From positions 1 to 54,283 of the IMG/VR virus record IMGVR_UViG_3300044568_001017: 54,283 nt of DNA. One strand, written 5' to 3'. How positions within the stretch are numbered: the first letter of the stretch is position 1; the number at the start of each line of letters is the position of its first letter. Below the pieces are notes generated by a model that ran no database searches, had not been told where the DNA came from, and was given only the letters and a program-made list of their open reading frames with translations. The position numbers and the translations under genes were made by a program. This document shows positions 33,079-42,214 of the stretch, in pieces. This DNA comes from a virus. Lineage: Duplodnaviria; Caudoviricetes.

Positions 33079-33876
33079 ATGAGTAACCAACTAGACGGAA
33101 TCGAACAGAAAGACATCATCAAACGAGTGACTGGTAAGGTCACTAAATTGTGGGAACCTAAGACATTCAATGGCCCCAAGGGTGAGTTTGTCATCCAAGG
33201 TGGAGAGATTGAGATCGACGGACAGACCTACGGGTTGAAGTTCTTCAACAACAACCAAGAACAGAGCATCAAGAACAACGTAGTCACGCTCTCCTCAGTC
33301 CGAGGCAAGCATGGTCTAACTGGAGTTACCTTGGAGCATGAGTCCTACGAAGGTAAGAATGGTAAGGTAGATCGTGACATCATCAAGGTTACGGCTACTG
33401 GTAAGATTGAGTTTGAGAGTCAAGAACCAGCCAGAGTCACATCCAAAGTTATCGGTAACGATAATCCTGTGGAGGCATTGGATAAGATCGTTGAGCTACA
33501 TAAGTATGTAGATTCACTCGTTCGCCATGCCTACAAGGGAGTGGAAGACGAAGAAACTCTGCGAGCATACGTCTCGTCGGTCTTCATCGAAGCTAACCGC
33601 AAGGGAATAGCGTTCAAGTCAGAGGTTAAAGCTGAACCCAAAGTAGAAGAGCCTAAAGTAGTGGAGCTAGACCCGGCTGACTGGGCATCTGCTATTGTCC
33701 CTAGTGGCACACAGAAGGGCAAGAAGCTCGCTGAGATCGGCAAGCCAGCATTAACTAAACTCTATGAGTTCTACTTGGAGAAGGGGTTCAGTACTCCATT
33801 CGCTAAGTGTGTAGAGCAAGCCGCCGCTGACCTCGACCTCGACGCACCAGTAGAGAACGACGACATCCCATACTAA
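33079..33876 (+). CDS. Putative ssDNA-binding protein
   Basis: OB-fold-like N-terminus, acidic C-tail ending DDIPY. Confidence 0.6.
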   Translation: MSNQLDGIEQKDIIKRVTGKVTKLWEPKTFNGPKGEFVIQGGEIEIDGQTYGLKFFNNNQEQSIKNNVVTLSSVRGKHGLTGVTLEHESYEGKNGKVDRDIIKVTATGKIEFESQEPARVTSKVIGNDNPVEALDKIVELHKYVDSLVRHAYKGVEDEETLRAYVSSVFIEANRKGIAFKSEVKAEPKVEEPKVVELDPADWASAIVPSGTQKGKKLAEIGKPALTKLYEFYLEKGFSTPFAKCVEQAAADLDLDAPVENDDIPY

Positions 33877-33917
33877 TCCCCCTCGGTTCCTCCCAGAACT
33901 AACCTTAACCAACACTA

Positions 33918-34874
33918 ATGAAAAAAGAACTAGAACTATTCAGTCCAACACAAGAAGGAATCCTTGTATCCGTAGCAACCTATCTTCGCCAGATGGTGGA
34001 GTTCGCCAAAACAGAATGGCGCGGGATTAACATTACCGAATCCCACATCAAGAAGGCGTGGGCCAAGCTCCAGAAGAACGAGTACCTCGAAGATGACGCG
34101 CCAGATGAGATGTTAGAAATGTACGAGAAGATGTCCGCTGACTGGGATATGGCAATCGAAATGGAAGAAGAGAGGATCAACCTAGCTAACATGCCAGAAG
34201 AAGAACCAGAGAACGAATCCTTGGCCCTAGTGGAGAGTGTAAAACAAGGTGTAGAGTTATCCTCCTTCACCAAGAAGTTCGACATCGGCGCGGGGATGAC
34301 CCAATGCGTACCCCGTGGTAAGGTAGAGATGAAAGACTGGGTGGCAGCGTTTGCCTTCGGTCTTACTTTAGAATCAGGCGCGCAATGGATCATCGGTGAT
34401 GCGGTGGTGGCCTTGGATAACGCCGGACATGATGACGTAGTGAACCAACTTTGTGCTAACTTTAAGAAGAGTTACAGCACAGTTTCGGGATACGCGAGGG
34501 CTTGTAGGGCTTTCCCTGCCGCTAAACGTGACGCTGCATTGCCATTTACGGTCTATCGCGAGATCGGAAACGCCAACTTCGGTGATGATAAGACCAATGC
34601 TAAGAAGCAAGCAGCCATGCTAGAGGTGGCTAAAGCGGAGGGTTTGTCCTCTACTGAGGTCAGGAACAGGGTCAGAAACGAGCAAGGTAAGGATGATAAG
34701 TCTGTCCTACCCCATCGGTATTTTGTATTGAATTTAGAAAACTATCGAAACTCGGATGTCAAACGCTCATCACCAGAGAAACCAGAGGCGCATCACTTCA
34801 TCATCGACAGACAAGATATGTCATGGTTCGACGCAGCACAAGGTGAGTGGGTCAAATTCGCAAAGGAACAATAA
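33918..34874 (+). CDS. Putative DNA-binding protein (LmbU-like HTH)
   Basis: 'QWIIGD...SYSTVSGYARACRAFP...R...LPF..YRE' pattern. Confidence 0.45.
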   Translation: MKKELELFSPTQEGILVSVATYLRQMVEFAKTEWRGINITESHIKKAWAKLQKNEYLEDDAPDEMLEMYEKMSADWDMAIEMEEERINLANMPEEEPENESLALVESVKQGVELSSFTKKFDIGAGMTQCVPRGKVEMKDWVAAFAFGLTLESGAQWIIGDAVVALDNAGHDDVVNQLCANFKKSYSTVSGYARACRAFPAAKRDAALPFTVYREIGNANFGDDKTNAKKQAAMLEVAKAEGLSSTEVRNRVRNEQGKDDKSVLPHRYFVLNLENYRNSDVKRSSPEKPEAHHFIIDRQDMSWFDAAQGEWVKFAKEQ

Positions 34875-34877
34875 TTT

Positions 34878-35159
34878 ATGTCAGAAAAAAACCAACAAAA
34901 CGAAACATCCAAGACAATTCTTGAGGCATTCAGCTTCATTAAATGTGAGGATGAGAAACTAAACGAACGAGTACACGCATTCGCCAGCCTCCTGCACACA
35001 GCAGCGATGATGGTGATCAGATCTGAATCCCGCAAGGGTGAAGGGTTTGAGTGTATTAAATACTTGGAGCTTGCAGGGCTTTACTACAAAGAGAGCCAGT
35101 TCCGCAAGCGTTTCGATACTGAAGAGAAGGAAGAAGAAACTTCCCGTATCATAACGTAA
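34878..35159 (+). CDS. Hypothetical protein
   Basis: 93-aa ORF ending the operon. Confidence 0.65.
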   Translation: MSEKNQQNETSKTILEAFSFIKCEDEKLNERVHAFASLLHTAAMMVIRSESRKGEGFECIKYLELAGLYYKESQFRKRFDTEEKEEETSRIIT

Positions 35160-35167
35160 AAAAAGAT

Positions 35168-35195
35168 TTGACATTGTTCTTCGCTCAGTTAGATT
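35168..35195 (+). promoter_or_regulatory. Sigma70-like promoter of non-coding locus
   Basis: TTGACA-N16-TAGATT. Confidence 0.65.
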
Positions 35196-35196
35196 G

Positions 35197-35600
35197 CTTG
35201 TATCCAATACAAGTTCTGACGGGCTTTGGAGATCAATTTTGAGTCAAAAAAATGGGTCTGTTGTAGTCCGTCAGCTACATCAGGCCCTATTTTTTGCCAT
35301 CATTGGATCGTGTAGCCAGCGGGAATGCGTAAATGACGCACCGAGACATAGGTCTGGGAAGTACTGGTGAAGGAGTGGAGTTGGAATGGCTGTTAGACGT
35401 GTTATCCTGCCAACTTAATGTGCCAGCAATGGCGACTTGCAATTAGTCAACGATATTAGACTAGTCTAGGTAAAGGAAAACCGCTGGACGTGGATTGCTA
35501 AGCGAAGGTGACAATACCTATACGGAAAACGTCTTGATTCGTGGCAAAGTTTTCCCAAACTTTTGGGAGACTTTGTCGCTCGGTTCAGCCCTGCCAAAAA
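35197..35600 (+). ncRNA. Candidate large structured ncRNA with attenuator-like 5' module
   Basis: No ORF of 60 aa or more; many stems, long-range pairs CCAGCGG/CCGCTGG and GGATCG/TGATTC, a GCAA tetraloop, and a long 3' hairpin at 35541-35579. Confidence 0.55.
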
Positions 35601-35624
35601 ACGAGGTTGATTCAATCAGCGTTG

Positions 35625-35664
35625 AAAACAAAAAAACCAGAAAGGAATTTCTTCCAATCTGGTT
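35625..35664 (-). terminator. Intrinsic terminator for helicase operon
   Basis: AACCAGA...TCTGGTT stem followed by a T-run on the minus strand. Confidence 0.6.
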
Positions 35665-35685
35665 CTAAGTTTTGTGAAACTAGTT

Positions 35686-37305
35686 TTAAATTAGTTCATT
35701 TTTCGGAACTAAGGAAATAGTTCCATCAATTTCACCATCTGCTAATAAATCCATTCGTTTGAGTTTACCATCTAGCTTCTCACAGATGTTTTCTTCTACG
35801 AAAACTCCTGCTGCATAGACAATGTATTGGATGGATTTAGTTTTGCCTCCTGCGCGGTGGACTCTGCCTAAGACTTGTTTAAGGTCGAATACAGAGGGAG
35901 TCGGCATGATTAGCGCAACTCTAGGAGCATCACCAGTCAGATCGTGGAGGTTTAAGCCTTCTCTGCAAGCTTGTATGATACCCACGATAACTTTAGAATC
36001 GCCCCGCTGGAAGGAGTCAATGTTACCTCTACGCTCCATTTCATTCTGACCCCCGTGGATAGAGCAAGATACTTTTAACTCATCAAGAATCCACTTGCGG
36101 GTTTCGGTGTAGTTGACTGCGATAAAGACACTATTGCCTTCTTCGATCAAATCTCTCACCATAGCACAGACCGCCGGGGCTTTATGCATTTCGATCCGTT
36201 GTCTAGCTCTAGTCTGTTCTGCTAGGACGTTAGCAGAGAAGTTTTCCTGCATACGAAGCTCCTCGATCCTGCAACAGAGGTCTTCATACTCATTGGCAAT
36301 CTTTTTAGCGTTGTCCATGTCGAACGCTTTGGCTTTGATTAGCGTCTCTGGAAACGCATCACCAAGGTCAGAGTGTCTTAACCGATTACCTTTTTCGGGG
36401 TAGATTCGGCTATGTAGGCGTTTCAAGATACCATTACCGCCTTGGAACTGCATTCCGAATCGGGTTTTCTTGCATCCGTTCTGGTTAAGGAAGCGGTAGT
36501 AATCTTTCCCGCCTTGGTGCAGACCTAAGAACTGACCGATTGCCCACAACTTCATGGGGTCGTCGGCGATGGTAGCAGAGAGGGCGATAGCTTGGACATT
36601 CTGGTTTACTGAGTCTCTAACTAGGTAAGCGTTCTGGGTGGCTTCACCTTTGCCGCGATGAACCTCGTCAAAGATCAGGATAACATCAGGCGGAAGCATG
36701 AATTTGAACTCATGCTTCTTATCATCTGTCCATCTACCTAGCTGAGATTTACCAGTTTTCGCCCACTCCCATCCGCATACCTCAAAGACCTCAACGCCCA
36801 TCATCTTCGCGGCGCGATGCCAGTCGGTAGTGATAGGCTTTGGACAGATCACAGCAACCCGCTTTCCTAACTCACGGGCGATGCCGAGGGCACAGAAGGT
36901 CTTACCGACACCCGTAGAGTGACCTAGCAGGACTCGGTTATACTTAGCCATGCTAGAAACCCCCATCTGAACGGAAGTTTGCTGATACTCAAAGAGATTT
37001 TCGGGGTGGAGTAGAGGGATTAGATTAAGTTCCTCTACTTTCTCCTCAACATTATCGTTACCGATAACGGGTTTGAACTTGAGGTTTTCATCTGACCACC
37101 AAGACAAGGCCCATTCCTCTCTGAACTTACCCATAGAGATGCCAGCCGCTGCCAGTTGCTCTTTGAATGTCTCCTTGTCTTCTTTGTAGACCTTCCAGAA
37201 AGCATCCTCGATAGGAGCTTTGCGGAGGAGTCTGACCCCTCGTTTCGTATTAAGCTGAATGGGATGTGACCATTCAACCGTTGCCAGTAGATCGTGGACG
37301 TTCAT
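35686..37305 (-). CDS. SF2 (SNF2-like) helicase
   Basis: STGVGKT Walker A, DEVH, LSAT, EGLNL, QVLGRVHRAG. Confidence 0.85.
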   Translation of the reverse strand: MNVHDLLATVEWSHPIQLNTKRGVRLLRKAPIEDAFWKVYKEDKETFKEQLAAAGISMGKFREEWALSWWSDENLKFKPVIGNDNVEEKVEELNLIPLLHPENLFEYQQTSVQMGVSSMAKYNRVLLGHSTGVGKTFCALGIARELGKRVAVICPKPITTDWHRAAKMMGVEVFEVCGWEWAKTGKSQLGRWTDDKKHEFKFMLPPDVILIFDEVHRGKGEATQNAYLVRDSVNQNVQAIALSATIADDPMKLWAIGQFLGLHQGGKDYYRFLNQNGCKKTRFGMQFQGGNGILKRLHSRIYPEKGNRLRHSDLGDAFPETLIKAKAFDMDNAKKIANEYEDLCCRIEELRMQENFSANVLAEQTRARQRIEMHKAPAVCAMVRDLIEEGNSVFIAVNYTETRKWILDELKVSCSIHGGQNEMERRGNIDSFQRGDSKVIVGIIQACREGLNLHDLTGDAPRVALIMPTPSVFDLKQVLGRVHRAGGKTKSIQYIVYAAGVFVEENICEKLDGKLKRMDLLADGEIDGTISLVPKNELI

Positions 37306-37478
37306 AATTTCGCTTTAAGCAAAGCTGACCTGCATTGGAGGGCTAGGAGAGAGTCAGAATCCCCGAAAGTATCGACAACCGCTTGCAGGGCATCGACAAT
37401 TTCCCGCCGAACTGGATCAGCGAGGTAAGTATCCTTAACGCGGAACGGCTTCTGTTTGTGTAAGGTATGTGTTCTCAT
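37302..37478 (-). CDS. Hypothetical protein (not in ORF track)
   Basis: MRTHTLHKQKP..., 58 aa, ATGA-coupled. Confidence 0.5.
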   Translation of the reverse strand: MRTHTLHKQKPFRVKDTYLADPVRREIVDALQAVVDTFGDSDSLLALQCRSALLKAKL

Positions 37479-37627
37479 TTCTCGAATTTGATTGCTGTTA
37501 TCTTCTTGTCTGGGTAGACGGTTGACCGAAACTTTGGCATTTCGGTGGTCTTCTCAGCTTTCTGCCAGAGGCGTATGTAGGCTTCTGGCGGTAGGCAAGT
37601 GGCTTGATTTTTTTCGGTGTAGCTCAT
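37475..37627 (-). CDS. Hypothetical protein (not in ORF track)
   Basis: MSYTEKNQATC..., 50 aa, ATGA-coupled. Confidence 0.5.
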   Translation of the reverse strand: MSYTEKNQATCLPPEAYIRLWQKAEKTTEMPKFRSTVYPDKKITAIKFEK

Positions 37628-37839
37628 AGTAAGACAGATTTAAGGGCTATCATTTCGTTTTCATCAATGTGCGTTGTCGTGATCTTGTTATCATATGACT
37701 GGATAATGCACATATCGTTGCACTCCTGATCTAATAGGATGCACGTCTCGTAACCATCTATGCAAGTTGTTAGCCTGATAGTATGGCGGGTTTCAGTTCC
37801 TCTGATTTGGTCGATTATTGCTTTGTCTATTGTTCTCAT
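37624..37839 (-). CDS. Hypothetical protein
   Basis: 71 aa with an A-rich leader. Confidence 0.6.
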   Translation of the reverse strand: MRTIDKAIIDQIRGTETRHTIRLTTCIDGYETCILLDQECNDMCIIQSYDNKITTTHIDENEMIALKSVLL

Positions 37840-37914
37840 TTTTATTGTTGTTTGTTGTTGTGTTGTGGAGGGAAATCTGTTGACAATCTGGCATATTTTT
37901 GTGAATAGTAAACT

Positions 37915-38490
37915 ATGAACAAAACGCCAGAATTGAATAGCGAAACGCTAGGCCGTGGAAGTCGGAAAAAGTGGGACATGGAGAAGATAGAAACGCTATT
38001 CATGGGCGGGGCGGAGATGAGTGACATTCTGAAACTCCCTGAGTTTTCGTTGATGAGTAAGTTTTATCTCAAAAACTGCATGGTGAAGGGAAAGTGGATC
38101 GACAAGCGGAAAAGGTTGCGGGAAGAAGTGGCAAACGTGGTGGCTCCGAAGCTGGAGGACGCAATGGCATCTGAAACTATTGCTCATTATGCGTTTATGC
38201 TGAGAGAGATTGCGGCGGAGAGGGTGCAGATTGAAACGAGACACAAGAGCGGGAACATTAAAGATCAGGCGCAAAGGCTGGACGTGTTGGCGGAATATGA
38301 GAAAATTGCCACAAGAGCGTTGGGATTGGATGAAAATAATATGCACGATAAGAAAGGTTTATCTGTGAACGCGATGATTTCTCTGCACGTTAGCGGGCCG
38401 ACGAAAGCGGATAAGGTTGAAATTGTATCCACGCAATATGTCGATGCAGCGGAGGGCTTGGAAAAAGACGATAAATTGGATACAGAGTGA
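37915..38490 (+). CDS. Putative terminase small subunit
   Basis: N-terminal 'WDMEKIETLFMGG' HTH-like region, helical core, 'RALGLDE'. Confidence 0.45.
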   Translation: MNKTPELNSETLGRGSRKKWDMEKIETLFMGGAEMSDILKLPEFSLMSKFYLKNCMVKGKWIDKRKRLREEVANVVAPKLEDAMASETIAHYAFMLREIAAERVQIETRHKSGNIKDQAQRLDVLAEYEKIATRALGLDENNMHDKKGLSVNAMISLHVSGPTKADKVEIVSTQYVDAAEGLEKDDKLDTE

Positions 38491-38542
38491 CATTGTGAAG
38501 AAAAGCGGGAAAGGATCGGACTTGTCCCGCGCTAGGTTGAGG

Positions 38543-38767
38543 CTATTTCCAGATAGGGCCGAGGGATTTTAGGTAATTCCACATGGGCTTATGTGGAGGG
38601 ATGACCCTAGTTTGACCGTCAGGGCGAATCCATTCGCAATCGGTCAACTCGCCAGCGGAGGAATACCAAGCGGAGCATTTACCTTTGAATTTTCCCGTGA
38701 TCTTGTGGAGGGCGAACGATTGCGGCTCGAAAATGCCGCCTGTAAATGTGACTTTTTGTATTTTCAT
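38543..38767 (-). CDS. Hypothetical early protein
   Basis: 74 aa. Confidence 0.6.
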   Translation of the reverse strand: MKIQKVTFTGGIFEPQSFALHKITGKFKGKCSAWYSSAGELTDCEWIRPDGQTRVIPPHKPMWNYLKSLGPIWK

Positions 38768-38936
38768 TTTTTTGGTTTGCTGTGGAGGGAAAGATTATCG
38801 GAACCGATAACAACGCTACAAGGTGGAGCGGAGGAATCGGAAGGTAGTTTATAGGGTGAAGGGCTGAAAAGGGCTAGGATTGGCAATTAAGAGGAAAAGC
38901 GGGGAGGGATTGAACCGCCCCGCATATGTGGAGGGA

Positions 38937-39140
38937 TTAGATTTTCTCTAGGATGGAATCAATATCATGCCGCTCTGATTTCCAGAGGTGAAACTCATTC
39001 CATGTTGAATCGCCGCAAGTACAAGACCTGATTTTTTTATCGAGAACAACCCAACGCTTTTCTAGTAAATCCAGAAATTCAAAGGAGGACAAGGAGCCTA
39101 AGGCGTGAAGGTCTTTTATTTTTTCTACGCTCATAATCAA
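38937..39140 (-). CDS. Hypothetical early protein
   Basis: ~65 aa; start probably at ATG 39134. Confidence 0.55.
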   Translation of the reverse strand: MIMSVEKIKDLHALGSLSSFEFLDLLEKRWVVLDKKIRSCTCGDSTWNEFHLWKSERHDIDSILEKI

Positions 39141-39535
39141 TTTCCAAGGTAAAAGAATATTTCGCCGGAATCGGAGCGGAAAAGATTAGACGGAGCTTGC
39201 CCGGCTGATTGTGATTCTTCCGCTTCCTCCCAATCAATATCTTGTAAAGAATCGGCCCCAAGCTCTCTACAATCCCCCGCAATCCATTGGAGGAAAAGCG
39301 CATTTACCTCATTTTCATTCCATGCGTTTACCTCACTTTCATTCCATCCACCAGAGGAACGGGCGAAATCGCGCATAGCTTGTAATTTTTCGGGAGTGTC
39401 CAGCAATTTAATTTCTTGCGCTTTGGACTGTGACGCTTTCCAAGTATTATTTCCGGCATTCTCTCCGCCCTCCGCACAAGAATGTGAGAGGGTAAAGCAG
39501 TCGATTTCTAACAAAGGTGTGATATTAATTTCCAT
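39137..39535 (-). CDS. Acidic early protein
   Basis: Start at MEINIT (39535); rich in D/E/W. Confidence 0.6.
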   Translation of the reverse strand: MEINITPLLEIDCFTLSHSCAEGGENAGNNTWKASQSKAQEIKLLDTPEKLQAMRDFARSSGGWNESEVNAWNENEVNALFLQWIAGDCRELGADSLQDIDWEEAEESQSAGQAPSNLFRSDSGEIFFYLGN

Positions 39536-39539
39536 AAGA

Positions 39540-39650
39540 TTAAAGACCAAATTTTTCAACGTAGGAAGCGAACGCCATAAAAAGGGAAAAAACCCCATAA
39601 GAGAAGACCGCACAGATTGCAAAGACAGCGAGTTGATCTAGTGTTTTCAT
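39540..39650 (-). CDS. Small membrane peptide (not in ORF track)
   Basis: MKTLDQLAVFAICAVFSYGVFSLFMAFASYVEKFGL. Confidence 0.45.
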   Translation of the reverse strand: MKTLDQLAVFAICAVFSYGVFSLFMAFASYVEKFGL

Positions 39651-39651
39651 A

Positions 39652-40017
39652 TTAGAATGAGGAAACGATGATACCGCCGTCAAATTCGATGAGTGTCCCG
39701 TGATCGTTTATGTATTCTCTGATTTTCGCGTCAATTTCGTCGGAATCTTCTAAGTCATCAAATTCAATATCAGCAAACTCTAGAGCGAATAAGAGGGATT
39801 TCGCGCCGAAATGCTCTATAATCCAATCCTGTAGGCTGGTAGTTTCTGAGAAATCGCATCGAATCGCGCAAGTGTCCAATTCCATTTCATCGCCTGTGCT
39901 ATCTTCATATTCCTCGAGATATTCCGCAAGGGCAAGCGATCCATTGTAAGACCAGCGGGCGCAAGTGTCGCGTTTCAGTTCATCAGCTATTTGGTAGGTA
40001 TTAAGTGTTATTTTCAT
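39652..40017 (-). CDS. Highly acidic early protein (possible DNA mimic)
   Basis: 121 aa, D/E-rich (LAEYLEEYED...ELD..AIRCDFSE). Confidence 0.6.
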   Translation of the reverse strand: MKITLNTYQIADELKRDTCARWSYNGSLALAEYLEEYEDSTGDEMELDTCAIRCDFSETTSLQDWIIEHFGAKSLLFALEFADIEFDDLEDSDEIDAKIREYINDHGTLIEFDGGIIVSSF

Positions 40018-40043
40018 TATGTATTTTCTAGTTTGGTTGTGGC

Positions 40044-40099
40044 AATCTCATCAGTCCACACTTGCCAAGTGTGAAGACGGGAAGAATCCCGTTTCGATT
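40044..40099 (-). ncRNA. Type II hammerhead ribozyme
   Basis: Minus strand: AATC-GAAA-CGGGA ttct TCCCG-UC-TTCACACTT ggc AAGTGTGGA-CUGAUGA-GATT. All core nucleotides and three stems are present. Confidence 0.9.
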
Positions 40100-40102
40100 T
40101 TC

Positions 40103-40366
40103 TCAAGCTTCAGCGTAAGCGGATTCGATGCGTTCGCCGCTGTGGTCACAATATAGCTCACCATCTTCCCAGTTGGTATCACAAGCGACAACCCGCCAGC
40201 CGTCATTTACTTTGTGACGCACAGACCAAAGGACAGCGCGGAAGTTTGAACGGACACTATCAAAGGACAGCGCGGCCCCATCGGACGTGATAAAGTAAAG
40301 AGGGTAAGCACCGGGCCAAGAATAAGCCCCGGAACGAAGGATAGTTTTGAGTTGTTTGGTTGTCAT
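40103..40366 (-). CDS. Conserved-looking phage early protein
   Basis: YSWPGAYPLYF...NWED..LYCDHSGERIESAY. Confidence 0.7.
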   Translation of the reverse strand: MTTKQLKTILRSGAYSWPGAYPLYFITSDGAALSFDSVRSNFRAVLWSVRHKVNDGWRVVACDTNWEDGELYCDHSGERIESAYAEA

Positions 40367-40502
40367 AATTAGCGGGAGAGTTTATGCAAGACGATGGAAA
40401 GACCGATCCGAACGACCAAGAGGGCCGCGCAGATATAGGCAAGGTTTACTGTATCGGGTGACACGGGAAGAGACATGATGTGATTGATAGTTTGCATAAT
40501 GA

Positions 40503-40646
40503 TTAGCCTTGGTTCAGTTTTGACAGAAGAGCATCAAATTTGCTTTGCAGTTCATTCGTAGGCTTGTTCAAAGCTCGTGCATCAATAAGCCTTATATTCA
40601 AAGTCGATAGTTTCATTTTCAATGCGTAGGTTTGTTTTTTGTTCAT
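40503..40646 (-). CDS. Small hypothetical early protein (not in ORF track)
   Basis: MNKKQTYALKMKLSTL..., 47 aa. Confidence 0.4.
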   Translation of the reverse strand: MNKKQTYALKMKLSTLNIRLIDARALNKPTNELQSKFDALLSKLNQG

Positions 40647-40805
40647 TCTATTATTCTAATGTGAGACGCTCGAAAGCGTCCGTGGTTTGTATTCATTCGA
40701 GCCTATCAAAGACAGACACGAAATTTATTTCTATTCAAAGATCAAGATTGTGGATTCACTCGCCAACCCTGCATTCAAAAGGTTCTAGCGACTGCCACGC
40801 CCTTA

Positions 40806-40833
40806 ATTATACAGAGCATTCACACTATGTCAA
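40806..40833 (-). promoter_or_regulatory. Strong early promoter
   Basis: Perfect TTGACA-N16-TATAAT on the minus strand, upstream of the early gene cluster. Confidence 0.8.
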
Positions 40834-41278
40834 TAGATTATTTTTATCTATTTTCATGCTGTCACAAGCAGGAACCATGCCAGCTTGTAAATAGAAAAGT
40901 ATTAGCACATATCATGCCAATGATAAAACATGGGAAGCCATTGAACATATTTACGCATTCAAATATCATGATATGAGACATTCCATCGTTATATCGCTAT
41001 ACACCGATATATCAATATTAGAGCGAAAACATGCCATGGCACTAATCAGCTTCACTAATTCAAAGGTCACCACGGCCTACCTCGCGCAATGATTTCCGGC
41101 TTGTCTCGCTATATATAGCAAAGTAGCCTTTTTCACAACATGAGCTAAAATCACGCCAACTCGTCACAACATAGCAAAGCCCGATTTCGCTGATTATCCC
41201 GCCCCATTCTCTCATGCTGTCCATTGCCAATCACTCGCCCCATTCGATGGCACTAATCACGCGACACTATCGGCAACG

Positions 41279-41314
41279 ATGACAAGCCAGCCAGCCAGCC
41301 AGCCAATGACAAGC
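41279..41314. repeat. (AGCC)5 microsatellite flanked by ATGACAAGC direct repeats
   Basis: Read directly from the sequence. Confidence 0.8.
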
Positions 41315-41824
41315 GACACGATCCACGCCACAGATTCCGGCATGACATAATCAAACTACACGGCGGGACAGCGACAGGGGCAGATCAAACTATGTGCAGG
41401 GAGCCTAGGGACTCAAAGGAATCTCTTATTGGCTGGAGCGCGATGGCATGGGGGGACTCCCGCATGGCCCCAAACTGGCGAGCCTCCAAAATCCAGATAC
41501 TCCTCTTTATCTAGAGAAACTAGTTATTTGGCCCCTATGCCAGTGTCAATATAATGATGTAACCATCCTTTTTTATTTGGAGATTATCGTTAACGATAGC
41601 GGTTCTCTAGGAGGAAGCAGAGTAGAACGGTTATCCAAGCTAGGGTTAGTGCTAGGGTTTGGTCGGACATTTCTTATTCTTTTGGAAGAAGGAGGTACTT
41701 ACTCCACGGGATTCTAGGAATTTGTTACAGGCTTTATTTATCTCGTCTGTCCTTCTTGGGGTTTTGTAGCCTACTCTAGCGTCATCTGGGGATACGTTAG
41801 ATTCTAGGTTGAGTTTGTTATGTT

Positions 41825-42214
41825 TCATAGTTTGATTAAGGTGACTCCCATTTTTTGAGCTATTACTAGGGCGGCGGGGTCAGTTTGGTAGATGTCTTTA
41901 TAGAGGACTCTCTTTATTCCATAGGCTACTAGGGTCTTTAAGCAGTCTGTGCATGGGAGTAATGTTGAGCAGAGTGTCTTTCCTTCTCCGGGTTTAGTGT
42001 ATCTGAGGGCGTTTTGTTCTGCGTGGATGACGTACTTCCTTCTTTCATCTCTATCTGACCAGTCTTCTTCTATACCTTTAGGGAATCCGTTGTACCCTAC
42101 TGAGGCTATGGAGTTGTCTTCTCTTAGGATTACCGCGCCGACTTGTCTCCACGGGTCTTTGCTTTTCTTAGCTACTACCTCAGCTATACTCATAGCGTAT
42201 TCGTCCCAGTTCAT
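41825..42214 (-). CDS. dCMP deaminase
   Basis: SKDP..QVGA, GYNG, HAEQNA, PCTDC zinc motifs. Confidence 0.9.
   Translation of the reverse strand: MNWDEYAMSIAEVVAKKSKDPWRQVGAVILREDNSIASVGYNGFPKGIEEDWSDRDERRKYVIHAEQNALRYTKPGEGKTLCSTLLPCTDCLKTLVAYGIKRVLYKDIYQTDPAALVIAQKMGVTLIKL

Larger units (their letters stand above)
37864..38935 (+). repeat. Five co-oriented TGTGGAGGG copies
   Basis: 37864, 38592, 38704, 38781, 38927. Confidence 0.8.

Noticed and set aside
40622-41717. Plus-strand ORFs 40622..40894 and 41448..41717
   Set aside because: They oppose the local transcription direction, overlap a promoter or palindrome site, and do not look protein-like.
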